Positions 9,437 to 19,733 of a stretch of 64,000 nt of DNA are shown piece by piece. How positions within the stretch are numbered: the first letter of the stretch is position 1; each line of letters opens with the position of its first letter. Position numbers and translations under genes: made by a program. This DNA is from Gemmatimonadaceae bacterium. Its GTDB lineage: Bacteria; Gemmatimonadota; Gemmatimonadetes; Gemmatimonadales; Gemmatimonadaceae. The notes beneath the pieces were generated by a model. The model did no database searches, was not told the DNA's origin, and worked only from the letters and a program-made list of their open reading frames with translations. Where the stretch lies: assembly GCA_045803545.1 (NCBI GenBank), contig JBJMOW010000005.1:1280001-1344000 (forward strand), read 5' to 3'.

Positions 9437-9540
9437 CGAAGTGCCGCGAGAAACAATCCCGCCATCCGCCGCAAGAATCGTCCCGCAAACTTTCGGAAAA
9501 TCCGTTTTATGGACTTCGCTAACCGGTCACGCTTGAGGTG

Positions 9541-9726
9541 CTACTCGTTGGGATCGCGCTCGAATAGCGCCTGCTTCTTGGTCCAGCGATGCATTTGGTG
9601 ACACGCCGGGCACTCGACCGGATCCATCTCTTCGATCGGCGAAAGCTCGAACGTCTGGGGATCCATCGAGTAGCCTGTATAAATCATTTTGCCGGTGTTC
9701 GGGCACTTGATCAGAATCCGGTTCAC
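9541..9726 (-). CDS. Small zinc-ribbon-like protein
   Basis: IKCPNTG...CPAC..MHRW; purine-rich RBS before GTG. Confidence 0.7.
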   Translation of the reverse strand: MNRILIKCPNTGKMIYTGYSMDPQTFELSPIEEMDPVECPACHQMHRWTKKQALFERDPNE

Positions 9727-9854
9727 TCTCTCGCCTCAGCAGACGCACTGGGTTGACTTCTGCAAAGAGGATTCCGTCACCTAGGGTCTAGGCCTTATGT
9801 CCTCGCTACGGTTTTCTAATGCCCGCCTCTAGCGGAAGGCCGTGCGCGGAGACG

Positions 9855-10565
9855 CTACCAGGCGCACTTGACCTGGGCTTTGACCGCCATCGTCTGGGGC
9901 GCCAAACCCATCTCGTTCGACACCACGAAATGATATATGCCCGCGGTCGGCAGGTCGTAGTCGAGAGTATTTTCCGATCCTCGGAACGTCTCCCAGGACG
10001 ACTGTGCGATCGCGGCCGGGTTGGCGTGCCAGAAGACGTATTCGTCGTCAGTCAGCAGGAATATCTCGACGTTGCCACCGAAACCGTTGACGCCCCTGGT
10101 CGAGCCAACGAGCCGGCACTTTTGATCTGTCTGCGGTAGCTCAAAGGAATACTGCAAGGCGTCGTGCGCCGGCACCGTCGTCGCTTTTACGTCCGCGACC
10201 TTGATGGAGATCAGGGAAGCCTTCGTCGTGGCAGCTGGCGCCGCCGCCATCGCGGGCGAAAGAGTCATCGTCGGAGCGTCCGCTACTGGGACGGACTCTT
10301 CGACGTCAGGGACGAATCGCGCTGTACGTGGCGGTTCGGCGCTCGCCAGCCCCGGAGTTCCCTGGATCAGAAACCAGGTGACTGCGTAGACGATAATCAG
10401 TCCCGCTGCGACACCAACGCGAGCTTTGTTGTCGGCAGGATCGCTCGTTGGAGCGCCGTCGTGCGAGACGTCCCAGCCGCACTGTTTGCACTCCTTGTCC
10501 TCCGGCTGCATTGGCTCGCCGCAGAAATTGCAAAACTTCTTTTTTATCTTGATCGGCATCTTCAT
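9855..10565 (-). CDS. Hypothetical membrane protein: zinc ribbon, TM helix, beta-sandwich domain
   Basis: CNFC...CKQC, one hydrophobic helix, Ala/Pro linker, C-terminal GIYHFVVSN; start uncertain (10565-10622). Confidence 0.7.
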   Translation of the reverse strand: MKMPIKIKKKFCNFCGEPMQPEDKECKQCGWDVSHDGAPTSDPADNKARVGVAAGLIIVYAVTWFLIQGTPGLASAEPPRTARFVPDVEESVPVADAPTMTLSPAMAAAPAATTKASLISIKVADVKATTVPAHDALQYSFELPQTDQKCRLVGSTRGVNGFGGNVEIFLLTDDEYVFWHANPAAIAQSSWETFRGSENTLDYDLPTAGIYHFVVSNEMGLAPQTMAVKAQVKCAW

Positions 10566-10674
10566 CGTTTTCTCTGGACTGTCCCTACCGATGAAGACGA
10601 GCGATTGGGAATCCGGGAACATGGGGATTCCCTGCCTCTAGCACCAAACACACGTGTCGCCGTAGAATGGCGCC

Positions 10675-12912
10675 ATGATTCGGCCTGTGACTGCCGGCTT
10701 ATTCCTTTGCGCGACGATTGCGTCGGCGCAGCAGCGCACATTGCCGATGATCGAGCTGAAACCCGGCCTCGTCATTACCCAATCGGCACGCGTGTCGCCG
10801 AACCTTTATAACCTGCCCTCGACCGCCCTCGCCGACTCCCCGATCGTAGTAATTCGCGGCGACAACATCACCGTCGACTTCGCGGGCGCGACCCTGCAGG
10901 GAACATCGCCCGACTCGAATCCTGATCTCGCCCGCGGTATCGCCATCCTCGTCGACCGTGGCAGCAACGTTCGCATTCTCAACGCGCGCGTCCGTGGTTA
11001 CAGGATTGGGATCCTCGCGCGCGGTACCGTTGGTCTCACACTCGTCGACAACGATCTGAGCTGCAACTGGAAGCCAAGGCTGTTCAGCGTGATCGAGCAC
11101 GAGAGTTTGATCGACTGGCTCTCCTATCATCACAACGAGAACGGCGAATGGCTCCGCTACGGCGCAGGTATTTATCTCGACAGTGTCCAGGCCGGAGAGA
11201 TTCGCGGCAACACCGTTCGTCAGGGGATGAATGGCCTGATGCTGACACGGAGCAATGGCCTGACGATCAAAGGAAACGATTTCTCATTCAACTCCGGAGT
11301 GGGCATTGGCATGTACCGATCTGCCGGCAACACCGTCGTGCACAATCGGGTCGACTACAATGTCCGCGGGTACAGCGACGGTTTCTACCGTCGCGGGCAG
11401 GACGCGGCCGACCTGCTGATGTACGAGCAAAGCGCCAGCAATTTTATCGCCTACAACTCGCTCACCCACGGCGGCGACGGCGTCTTTCTTTGGGCCGGAC
11501 AGACTACAATGGACAGGGGCGTCGGTGGCGCCAACGACAATGTCTTCTACGGCAATGATTTCAGTTTCGCGGCTGCGAACGGTATCGAAGCAACCTTTAG
11601 CCGGAACGCCTTCATCGCGAATCGAGTCGAGGGCGGCGAGTACGGCGTGTGGGCGGGCTACAGCTTCGACTCGAAGTTTGTCGGCAACGACTTTCGTCGG
11701 AACCGAACCGGCATTGCCATCGAGCACGGCCAGAACAATCTGATGGCGTCGAACAGCTTTTTCGACGACTCGACCGCGATCAATGTCTGGGCCGATTCGA
11801 TCGCGCCGAGTGACTGGGGATATCCGAAGCACCGCGATACGCGGAGCAGGGATTACCAGATCAACGACAATCTCTTCGCCGGCAATCGCGTGGGCATTCG
11901 CGCAGCATCGACGATGGGTTTGACGGTCGAGAACAATCGGTTCGTGGGCGTCGACTCGACCGCAGCGATTCACGACTCGACCGGCTACACGTTTATTCGC
12001 AATGCTGTGCGCGTAGGATCTGGCAGCACAGCGCCGCGTACGCCGACGCTCCCGGCCGAGTATTCGCGCATGGCGCCGAAGCCGATTCCTGGCGCGTGGA
12101 TGCCGCCGCGTTCGGATACAGCGTTGTCGCGTCGACCGCGTTCCGCGATCGTCGTCGATGAGTGGGGCCCCTTTGACTATCGGTCGCCGAAGTTGTGGCC
12201 TGTCGACAGTGCTCGCGAATCGCCGCTTCGCCTGCGCGTCATCGGCCCCACGGGCAAGTGGCGCGTGAGCACGCAGACTGGTGTGGCGTCGGTGTCGCGT
12301 ATGGAAGGAAAGGTTGGCGACACCATCGCTGTCACGCCGAAGCCCGACTCGATTGGCGACTGGACGATCACACTGGAGTACACCGGCGTATCCGTGACAT
12401 CACCCCGCGGCGAGAAATTCGGGCGCGGAGACCCGTATCGTTTTTCCTACGAGCGTTTCGAGCCGCACATCGACTGGTCGATTCAATTCTATAAGTGGAC
12501 TGACAGTATCGCCGATCTGAGGAAGGGCTCAGACGGATTCGCCGAACTGGTGAAGACCGCGCCGCTCATCAGCGGACGCGCGCCGCGACTCGACTATCAG
12601 GGGTACCGAGCGCTACCCGGACTGCCCCGTGAGAATTTCGCGCTCGACGCTACTGGCTCGGTCAACCTGCCGCCGGGCGAATACACTCTGCGCACGATCA
12701 GCGACGACGGGATCAGCGTATGGGTGGATGGGAAGCTGATGATCCACAACTGGCAGCAGCACGAATCAGCAGTCGACTACGCTCCGATCACCGGCGGCCA
12801 CCACGACCTGCGCGTCGAGTATTACCAGGCGGATGGCTGGTACGAGCTGCGGGTGGATGTTCTTAAGGGGCGCGACCGGTCGGAGGGCAGCCCCGGCGCG
12901 CACGGGGCCTAG
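10675..12912 (+). CDS. Right-handed parallel beta-helix (NosD/CASH-like) protein with C-terminal PA14 domain, secreted
   Basis: Repeated GI.I...N.I..N.F..N motifs; PA14 signature YTLRTISDDGISVWVDG...HDLRVEYYQ. Confidence 0.85.
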   Translation: MIRPVTAGLFLCATIASAQQRTLPMIELKPGLVITQSARVSPNLYNLPSTALADSPIVVIRGDNITVDFAGATLQGTSPDSNPDLARGIAILVDRGSNVRILNARVRGYRIGILARGTVGLTLVDNDLSCNWKPRLFSVIEHESLIDWLSYHHNENGEWLRYGAGIYLDSVQAGEIRGNTVRQGMNGLMLTRSNGLTIKGNDFSFNSGVGIGMYRSAGNTVVHNRVDYNVRGYSDGFYRRGQDAADLLMYEQSASNFIAYNSLTHGGDGVFLWAGQTTMDRGVGGANDNVFYGNDFSFAAANGIEATFSRNAFIANRVEGGEYGVWAGYSFDSKFVGNDFRRNRTGIAIEHGQNNLMASNSFFDDSTAINVWADSIAPSDWGYPKHRDTRSRDYQINDNLFAGNRVGIRAASTMGLTVENNRFVGVDSTAAIHDSTGYTFIRNAVRVGSGSTAPRTPTLPAEYSRMAPKPIPGAWMPPRSDTALSRRPRSAIVVDEWGPFDYRSPKLWPVDSARESPLRLRVIGPTGKWRVSTQTGVASVSRMEGKVGDTIAVTPKPDSIGDWTITLEYTGVSVTSPRGEKFGRGDPYRFSYERFEPHIDWSIQFYKWTDSIADLRKGSDGFAELVKTAPLISGRAPRLDYQGYRALPGLPRENFALDATGSVNLPPGEYTLRTISDDGISVWVDGKLMIHNWQQHESAVDYAPITGGHHDLRVEYYQADGWYELRVDVLKGRDRSEGSPGAHGA

Positions 12913-12937
12913 TCGGGGTCGACGACTGCGGGCAAAA

Positions 12938-13071
12938 AAAGGTAGACAGGATGCAGAGAAGCTCAGGCTGAAGTTCGCAGCTGCGTTCGTGGCCGTGGGC
13001 TGCGATGGGCTTAAATCCCGCGGCCATCGCTGCAGTCTGTCGTTCTGAGCTTCTGCTTTCTGCCTACCTTT
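12938..13071. repeat. Hairpin element, family B copy 1
   Basis: AAAGGTAGACAG...GCAGAGAAGCTCAG ... CTGAGCTTCTGC...CTGCCTACCTTT; related to 29083 and 36160. Confidence 0.8.
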
Positions 13072-13097
13072 AGTTCACTTCGTGACGATCTCTGACC

Positions 13098-13586
13098 TCA
13101 GAGTTGTGCCGTCGCCTCGGTCGAAACACCGGTGTCGCGCTTAACGCGGGTCCGTTGGGACGGCTCGCTGATCTGTTCGACCACCAGGGCGACCTCCTGC
13201 TCCGAGACGGCGTTGTCGTGGGCGGCGCGGGCAATGTCGGCCTGCGAAATGATTCCCATGCAGCGACCGCCGGCGTCGACGATGCAGATGCGTCGCACCT
13301 GCAGCTCGGCCATCTTGCGCTCTACATCGCGGAGATCGTCGTCGGCCGTGCAGCAGTGGACGTTCGGCGTCATCACCTCACTGAGCCGGGTGTCCGGGCT
13401 CTTGCCAGTGGCGATGGTGCGAATCGCCAGGTCTCTGTCGGTAACTATCCCGATCACGCGACGCGAATCATCAACGATTGGGATGACGCCGCAGTCCTTG
13501 TCGCGCATCACTTGCGCGGCGGTGCGTGCGGTGTCATCTCGACGAAGGCAAGAAGGATCCCGCGTCATAATATCTCTAGCTCTCAT
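13098..13586 (-). CDS. CBS domain-pair protein
   Basis: MRARDIMT...GIVTDRDL...VMT...GIISQADI; GGAGG/GAGGGAG upstream of ATG 13586. Confidence 0.9.
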   Translation of the reverse strand: MRARDIMTRDPSCLRRDDTARTAAQVMRDKDCGVIPIVDDSRRVIGIVTDRDLAIRTIATGKSPDTRLSEVMTPNVHCCTADDDLRDVERKMAELQVRRICIVDAGGRCMGIISQADIARAAHDNAVSEQEVALVVEQISEPSQRTRVKRDTGVSTEATAQL

Positions 13587-13627
13587 TCGATGTCTCCCTC
13601 CTCCGTTATGCCTAGCTGAGTAGGCAA

Positions 13628-14584
13628 CTAGTGAGCCGCTGACGGCGGCGCCACCCAGTCGCGCGGTCGTTCGAGCCTGGCTCTGTCCCATTTCGCCAGC
13701 CCCGCCGCGACATTGTAGGTGCTCTCGAGAAACTGCAGCAACGCGCGCTCGGCGTCCACCGCGTTGCGCACCGATTCGTAAGGAAGGATCCACTCCCGCA
13801 ACTGAGGATGATAGTATGCGCCGTCCGGTTGAACCGGCGCGCTATCACAGCCCGGCGGCTCTGGGTACGAATATGCGTAAAACGCGGATTCACTTACGGG
13901 CCCACCGACGTTCCCGGGCCACCAGCCGCCGCTGATGCACTCAGATGAATAGCTCTCGCGCGTGACGTAGTCGGCGATGTTCGGAATCCCGCCGGGATGG
14001 GGCGGCGCCGGCTTGCCGGAGAATCGCGTACATGCGATGTCGAACCCGCCCCACCAGAAATGAGACGGGCTGCATTTGCCGACGAAGCGGCTGCGAAATT
14101 CCTTCAGCACGCGGTCGGTGAAGACAAGTATCTGCCACGCTCGATGCGCCGCATCAGGATCGTAGGTGTCGTGCTGGTGATCATCCGTGAACCGCAGCGT
14201 ATCGCTCATTTCCACCGGTACCGGCCACAGCTTTGCCGAAACGCCGACCGAACGCAGCGTTGTCATGTATTCGTCGTAAAAATCCGCAACAGACCGAGAG
14301 CGCAGCGGCATCGTCCGCGTCTCGCCTTCGCTGGTGATGATCACCAGCTCGTGATTGTTGAAGTCGAAGCTGATCTCGAAGGTGCGTCCTTCATAGGGGA
14401 TCGGCGACGTCGACAGACCGCGGGAAGTGACATAGAGCACGACCTGCCACCAGTGGTTCTGCATCGGCGCGAACTTCAGGCGTGTCTTGCCGACGATCTG
14501 TGTCCAGCGGTGAAGCGTTGTCTGGGTATCCGACCACGCCTTCAGATCGAGCTCAGGCAAGATCATTGCTTTTGCCAATTGCAT
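13628..14584 (-). CDS. DUF5996-family protein
   Basis: TLHRWTQIVGKTRL, NHWWQV.LYV..RGL.T, HFWWGGFDIA.TRFSG and FYAYSYPEP motifs. Confidence 0.85.
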   Translation of the reverse strand: MQLAKAMILPELDLKAWSDTQTTLHRWTQIVGKTRLKFAPMQNHWWQVVLYVTSRGLSTSPIPYEGRTFEISFDFNNHELVIITSEGETRTMPLRSRSVADFYDEYMTTLRSVGVSAKLWPVPVEMSDTLRFTDDHQHDTYDPDAAHRAWQILVFTDRVLKEFRSRFVGKCSPSHFWWGGFDIACTRFSGKPAPPHPGGIPNIADYVTRESYSSECISGGWWPGNVGGPVSESAFYAYSYPEPPGCDSAPVQPDGAYYHPQLREWILPYESVRNAVDAERALLQFLESTYNVAAGLAKWDRARLERPRDWVAPPSAAH

Positions 14585-14670
14585 CGCTATCGTCCCCTCG
14601 CCGCGACCGCGGCGGCCTTCGGAGCCCTTCTCACGAAAGGGCTCCTGTGCTTCTAATCAGGATGCTAACC

Positions 14671-15726
14671 ATGCCGTCAACACTCCCGCAGCGCCAGTTG
14701 GGCACCACTGACATGAACATTACCCGCGTCGGGTTCGGCGCGTGGGCGACAGGCAGCGGCGAGTGGGGACCACAGGATGACCAGGCGTCGCTCGGCGCGA
14801 TGACCAAAGCCCTTGATAGTGGAATCAACTGGATCGACACCGCGCCGATCTACGGGCACGGTCACTCCGAGGAGGTCGTGCGACGGTTCCTTCAGGGTCG
14901 TGGTGGCAAGGACCGGCCGTACATCTTCACAAAGTGCGGCCTCGTCTGGGACAAGAAGAACCGGAACGACGTGAAACGCGTGCTCACGCCCGACTCCATA
15001 CGACGGGAATGCGAGGCGTCGCTGCGCCGGCTCGGCATCGAGCGCATCGATCTCTATCAGTTTCACTGGCCGGACGACTCGACCGACACCCAGGTCGAGG
15101 CCTCGTGGCGCGTGATGGAGCTGCTGCAGCAGGAAGGAAAGGTCCGGCACTGCGGGGTCTCTAACTTCGACGTCTCGCTGCTCAGGCGAATCGACGCGCT
15201 GCACCACGTGCAGTCGCTGCAGCCGCCGTTTTCACTGATCCGGCGCGACGTGGCGGCCTCCGAGATTCCTTGGTGCCACGCGCATCGGACCGGCGTGATC
15301 GTGTACAGCCCGCAGCAGGCGGGGCTGCTCACCGACTCATTTTCCGTCGATCGCGTGAAGCAGATGGCACCGGAAGACTGGCGCAGAACGAACGCGAATT
15401 TTCAGACGCCCCACCTCGAGCGCAACCTGCAATTCCGCGACGCGCTGCGTCCCGTCGCCGAACGGCATAGCACTACGGTTGGAGCAGTGGCGGTCGCGTG
15501 GACGCTGGCGTGGCCGGGTGTAACGGGTGCCATCGTCGGCGCGCGCAACGCCGAACAGGTCGAAGGCTGGCTAAAAGCGGCAACACTGACTCTGACCGCG
15601 ACGGATCTCGACGAGATTGCTAAGGCGATCGACCAAACTGGAGCGGGTACGGGTCCAACGCATCCGCCCCTTCCCCGCGAAAAGACGGGGAGCGCCGGAC
15701 GAAGCGAGGCGTCAGCCCGGATTTAG
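14671..15726 (+). CDS. Aldo/keto reductase
   Basis: GFGAW, DTAPIYG, TKCG, SLRRLGIERIDLYQFHWPD, GVSNF. Confidence 0.92.
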   Translation: MPSTLPQRQLGTTDMNITRVGFGAWATGSGEWGPQDDQASLGAMTKALDSGINWIDTAPIYGHGHSEEVVRRFLQGRGGKDRPYIFTKCGLVWDKKNRNDVKRVLTPDSIRRECEASLRRLGIERIDLYQFHWPDDSTDTQVEASWRVMELLQQEGKVRHCGVSNFDVSLLRRIDALHHVQSLQPPFSLIRRDVAASEIPWCHAHRTGVIVYSPQQAGLLTDSFSVDRVKQMAPEDWRRTNANFQTPHLERNLQFRDALRPVAERHSTTVGAVAVAWTLAWPGVTGAIVGARNAEQVEGWLKAATLTLTATDLDEIAKAIDQTGAGTGPTHPPLPREKTGSAGRSEASARI

Positions 15727-15774
15727 GCTGGCAAGAATTTCGCAGCGATTGGGATAATCCCCCGATCGCGCACC

Positions 15775-16149
15775 GTGACACACAGAACGTTCAAAGACAA
15801 AGACGGAAGAATCTGGGACGTGTGGCAGGTCCACCCGTCCGCCGCGGAGCGTCGCTTCGTTCAGCGGCGCGTGAAAGACGAGCCTAGAAGCGACACTTCC
15901 GAGCGTCGGACCGGCGATGACCGTCGCGCCAGTGAGAAGGCGAAAGCAGCAGCCCGCGCCACGATCGCTCCGGAGTTCACCTATGGCTGGCTGTGCTTCG
16001 AGACGGCAGGCGAGAAGCGCCGCCTGGCGCCAGTCCCCGAGGGCTGGGACCGAGCCGACGACGAGACGATCGAGCAATGGTGCTGCACGGCGAAGCCGGT
16101 GCCGAAGCGCAAAACCGATCCCGGACAGAAACGGATCGAGGGTAGGTAG
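15775..16149 (+). CDS. Small hypothetical protein (GWLCFE...EKRRLAPVPEGW family)
   Basis: 124-aa ORF with Trp-rich motifs and ERR repeats. Confidence 0.75.
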   Translation: MTHRTFKDKDGRIWDVWQVHPSAAERRFVQRRVKDEPRSDTSERRTGDDRRASEKAKAAARATIAPEFTYGWLCFETAGEKRRLAPVPEGWDRADDETIEQWCCTAKPVPKRKTDPGQKRIEGR

Positions 16150-16218
16150 GCCGGTAGCAGCCGAGGCACTGGGCACCGCTACCCCGGTCAGGCCCGCTTT
16201 TTTCCTGATCAGGAACAT

Positions 16219-17391
16219 ATGCTGATCCTCATCGAGAACGGCGAGCTCTACTCCCCTGAGTATCGAGGCAAAAAGAATCTTCTCGTCGCCAACAACCGCA
16301 TAGAAAAGATCGGCGAGGTTGGGCGGCGTGGGCTCGATCAGCTTGGGGTCGAGTACGAGGTCATCGACGCAAACAATCGAGTTGTAGTTCCGGGCGTCAT
16401 CGATCCGCACGAGCATCTGCTCGGCGGCAGTGGCGAGGGCAGCCTCGCCAAGCAGAGTCCGATGCTGTTCGTCAATGAAATTTGCCGCGCTGGTGTGACA
16501 ACAGTCGTTGGAGTGTTAGGCGTCGACACGACGATGAAGACTTTGCCAGGGCTGCTGGCGCGTGTGAAGGGACTCAAGGAAGAGGGTCTCAGCACGTTCT
16601 TGTGGACCGGCGGATACAACGTTCCGCCGACGACGATGCTTGCCGACGTGAGGCAGGACATGATGTTCATTGACGAAGTGATCGGCGCCGGGGAGGTCGC
16701 GATCTCAGACGAGCGATCGATGGCGCCGAGCTCACAGGAGCTGGCGAAAGTTGTCTACGATGCGCACATCGGTGGCATCCTGACCGGGAAGGCCGGCCTC
16801 ACGCATTTCCACGTCGGGGACAGTGATCAGCGCCTCGCGCCGATCATGAACCTGCTCGAGTGTTACGACATCAAGCCTGACTGGCTTTTCCCGACGCACG
16901 TTCAGCGCACGAAAGAATTGATGGACGAGGCGATCGCATTCGCCATCGATGGGATGCCCGTCAACATTGATATCGTCGAGGAAGACGCGGCGAAATGGAC
17001 GAAATATTATCTGGAGCACGGCGGTCCGCGCGAGAACTTCACAATCTCCTCCGATGCTGACTCGTCAACGCCAGACATCTTCTACGGGCAGATCTGCGAG
17101 CTGGTGGTCAAGCACAAGATGCCGCTCGAACTGGTGCTGCCCTTCGTGACATCCAACACCGCGCGAATACTCAAGCTGACGACAAAGGGAAAGCTGGAGG
17201 AGGGATGCGACGCTGACGTGCTGGTGCTGACGCGAGACGGGCTCGACATCCAGGAGGTGATCGCAAACGGCAAGCGCCTGGTCGTAAATGGGTCCTGCAA
17301 GACCGATCCGAAGTTCCTGGAAGAGAGCAGTCGCCGCGTCGAGCTCGTGGGCGCTGAGAACGAAGAGCCGATTCATCTCGCCAGGACGTAA
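16219..17391 (+). CDS. iadA: Isoaspartyl dipeptidase (beta-aspartyl peptidase), amidohydrolase family
   Basis: PGVIDPHEHLLGGSGEG, GVTTVVGVLGVD, GEVAISDER, HFHVG, PTHVQR, TISSD. Confidence 0.85.
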   Translation: MLILIENGELYSPEYRGKKNLLVANNRIEKIGEVGRRGLDQLGVEYEVIDANNRVVVPGVIDPHEHLLGGSGEGSLAKQSPMLFVNEICRAGVTTVVGVLGVDTTMKTLPGLLARVKGLKEEGLSTFLWTGGYNVPPTTMLADVRQDMMFIDEVIGAGEVAISDERSMAPSSQELAKVVYDAHIGGILTGKAGLTHFHVGDSDQRLAPIMNLLECYDIKPDWLFPTHVQRTKELMDEAIAFAIDGMPVNIDIVEEDAAKWTKYYLEHGGPRENFTISSDADSSTPDIFYGQICELVVKHKMPLELVLPFVTSNTARILKLTTKGKLEEGCDADVLVLTRDGLDIQEVIANGKRLVVNGSCKTDPKFLEESSRRVELVGAENEEPIHLART

Positions 17392-17621
17392 ACGGACCGC
17401 AGAGCGCGGCATTAGCGGTGAGTTTTCCGCGCGTTTCTCTCGCACTTTTTTCGTGTCGCTTTTGAAAATGTTCGATAGCAGACCCACTAAGTCGTTGGCG
17501 CTGCACGTCAAGCTGTGACGGCTTGCAACTTGCTTTTTCTGCGCGCGTCAGGGAGCCGTCTGGTTCACTGATACACTCGATTCTTGGGTAGGTACGTGAT
17601 CGTTCGACGAGGAAGCAGCGC

Positions 17622-17948
17622 ATGGTAAGACTTGCCACCCGACACCCGCAACGTACCCTGCGTTGGGCTCTCCCCCGCCCGTTTCACCACGTCCTGAAGG
17701 GAGCCCTGCAGAATGCAGGTATCGGGATCGCGCTGGAGCCCGAACTGAGGCGAGTCGTTCGCCGGATACTCGATTCGCCAGATATCGCCCGGGTGTCGCA
17801 TGACGAATTGATGTCAAGTCTGAGACTCGCGTTGGTGGAGGCAGCGATGGAGCTCGGCTTCCCACCCGGCGCCGAGCGCAACGAGCTGTTGGCGAGAATG
17901 GTCGCGGTGTGTCAGCACGAGCTGTACGGCGCGAAACGATCGTGGTAG
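17622..17948 (+). CDS. Small helical hypothetical protein (divergent paralog of 5196/21999)
   Basis: ELRRVVRR...ELMSSLR...LLARMVAVCQHELYG; RBS GAGGA. Confidence 0.6.
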   Translation: MVRLATRHPQRTLRWALPRPFHHVLKGALQNAGIGIALEPELRRVVRRILDSPDIARVSHDELMSSLRLALVEAAMELGFPPGAERNELLARMVAVCQHELYGAKRSW

Positions 17949-17967
17949 CTCTCAGCCCGCAATATCG

Positions 17968-18005
17968 AAAAAAAAAAGCCCGACGACTTTTTAGGTCGCC
18001 GGGCT
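17968..18005 (-). terminator. Intrinsic terminator
   Basis: Minus strand AGCCCGGCGAC-loop-GTCGTCGGGCT followed by a long U tract. Confidence 0.8.
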
Positions 18006-18065
18006 CGCTCGGTCCAGTTCTAACGCTGGGAGGCCGCCCTGAACCGAGCTACTTCTCCTGCTACT

Positions 18066-18629
18066 TTATGACGCGCGCTGACCGGCGCGATCGCCTTCGT
18101 GCTTCTGGTGCTCCTGCTCGCGCTGCTGGCGTAGCTGCTGATACTTCGCGCGCTGAGTAGAGTTGAGAACTGCGTCGATCTGTTTGTCGGTCTGATCGCG
18201 CAGGGCCTTTATTTCAGGCGGGAGCTGACGTTGACCGCCGAAGCCACGACCGCCGCGATCGGCGCGATCGGCGCGCGCACTGTCGGGACGCTGTCCATCG
18301 GGACGCTCGCCACCCCGTTGCGGACCCTGGAACCCATTCTTTTGTCGGAGCGCCTGCATCTGCGTGCTCTCGTTGGTCAGAATGGTGCGGATTCGTGCCT
18401 GCTGAACGGCGCTCAGCTGAAGGTCCTGCGTCATCGACGCAATACGACGATCGATGCGCTGCTGCGGATCGAACTGGCCGCGGCCTTCACCTCGCTCCTG
18501 CCTTTGCTGCGGAACGTTCTGTCCCTGTGACTGGGCGCACGCAGTCGACGCGGCGATGGCGAGCGCCACCACTGCTGACGCTACGACGCCTGAACGTGCC
18601 ACGCGCTCTTTGATTGTATAAAGCTTCAT
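18066..18629 (-). CDS. Secreted Gln/Arg/Gly-rich helical protein, Spy/CpxP-like
   Basis: AGGAG RBS before ATG 18629; signal peptide; LQLSAVQQARI and VLNSTQRAKY motifs resembling LTxxQ. Confidence 0.7.
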   Translation of the reverse strand: MKLYTIKERVARSGVVASAVVALAIAASTACAQSQGQNVPQQRQERGEGRGQFDPQQRIDRRIASMTQDLQLSAVQQARIRTILTNESTQMQALRQKNGFQGPQRGGERPDGQRPDSARADRADRGGRGFGGQRQLPPEIKALRDQTDKQIDAVLNSTQRAKYQQLRQQREQEHQKHEGDRAGQRAS

Positions 18630-18658
18630 TGCTGCTCCTGTAGCTGAAAGTGAGTGAA

Positions 18659-19459
18659 TCAGGCGACGTTGACGCCGAGGTTGATGATGCCGGCGTAGCC
18701 ATCGCTGGTCTTGCTGGTCTGAAGGGTCAGACCTGCCTTCTCGGTGGTCGAGAGGCTGTTGTAGATCCCGTCGTTCGCGTTGCGTAGGTCGCGACTGCCA
18801 CGCGAGCTGTACGGGCTCTGGGTGTAAACCGAATCCGTCAGCGCGTCGTCGAAGAAGAACTGCGAGGTGAACTCGTAGGTCCTCGTCGAGCCTGCATATA
18901 GACGGAGCTTGAAATGGATGTGAACGGCACGTCCACTGTACCACCCCGGATAAATCGTAGTGAACGCTGCAACGCCGTTCGCATCCGTTATCTGATAACC
19001 GCGCAAAAACTTTCTCGACGAGCCGGAGACATCGGAGTACACCCCTGCCGCGTCGCAATGCCAGACATCGAGGTACGCTCCGGTGAGCGGAGTGCAGGCG
19101 CTGCTTGCAACGCGAGAAACGTTGAAGGTGAGCGCCAGCGGAATCCCACTCGATACCACACTTGTCGCTGGATCGGTGCGGATATCGGACCGATTGAGCT
19201 TCTCATCGACGAAGAACGGACCCTCGGTCAGCGACGCCGTCAGAACGCAGGTCGAGCTGCCGGTGGCTGGAATCGTCGTTCCACCACTCGCGGTGGTGTC
19301 AGTCGTATCGGTCGCGTTGGTCGCGGCGGCTGCACAGCTCGCAAGGACGGATTGCGAAACCAGCACGCTCGCCGCGCCCTTCGCCGCGAACCCGAGCAGT
19401 TCGCGCCGGCTCAGTCGCGTGGCTTTTGGAGATTCTGTCTCAATGAGTTTGTTCGACAT
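18659..19459 (-). CDS. Intradiol ring-cleavage dioxygenase-family protein with Tat signal
   Basis: SRRELL twin-arginine motif, TEGPFF, DVWHCDAAGVYS, LRGYQ.TD..G, YPGWY.GRAVHIH. Confidence 0.88.
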   Translation of the reverse strand: MSNKLIETESPKATRLSRRELLGFAAKGAASVLVSQSVLASCAAAATNATDTTDTTASGGTTIPATGSSTCVLTASLTEGPFFVDEKLNRSDIRTDPATSVVSSGIPLALTFNVSRVASSACTPLTGAYLDVWHCDAAGVYSDVSGSSRKFLRGYQITDANGVAAFTTIYPGWYSGRAVHIHFKLRLYAGSTRTYEFTSQFFFDDALTDSVYTQSPYSSRGSRDLRNANDGIYNSLSTTEKAGLTLQTSKTSDGYAGIINLGVNVA

Positions 19460-19538
19460 TGAAGTCCCGTGAGATGATCGGTGCGTTGTGCTCTGATCAG
19501 AATACACGTGAGAGGGGGACTTCTCTGCGGCTATGTCA

Positions 19539-19569
19539 TGAAGTGCACGAGGGCGTTACGAATCGCACT
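19539..19569. promoter_or_regulatory. Putative LytTR-type operator (imperfect direct repeat)
   Basis: TGAAGTGCAC-gag-GGCGT-tacga-ATCGCACT; closely similar motif at 21804. Confidence 0.55.
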
Positions 19570-19580
19570 TCTCAACGGCG

Positions 19581-19728
19581 GATTGAGGGCCGAGGACTAA
19601 GGGCATCGATCACCGAGGACTGAGTGAGGATTGCAGACAACCGAGAACTCGAAGTACGGTGGGCTCGGTTGTCCTCGCTCATCACTTAGTCAGCAATCAT
19701 AGATGCACTTAGTCCTCGGGCCTCGGTC
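19581..19728. repeat. REP/REPIN-like hairpin element, family A copy 2
   Basis: GATTGAGGGCCGAGGACTAA...CACTTAGTCAGCAATCATAGATGC.CTTAGTCCTCGGGCCTC. Confidence 0.85.
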
Positions 19729-19733
19729 ATTAG

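Noticed and set aside
18630..19058. N-terminal extension of ORF 18066-19058
   Set aside because: It overlaps the dioxygenase gene in another frame; the RBS and signal peptide support ATG 18629.
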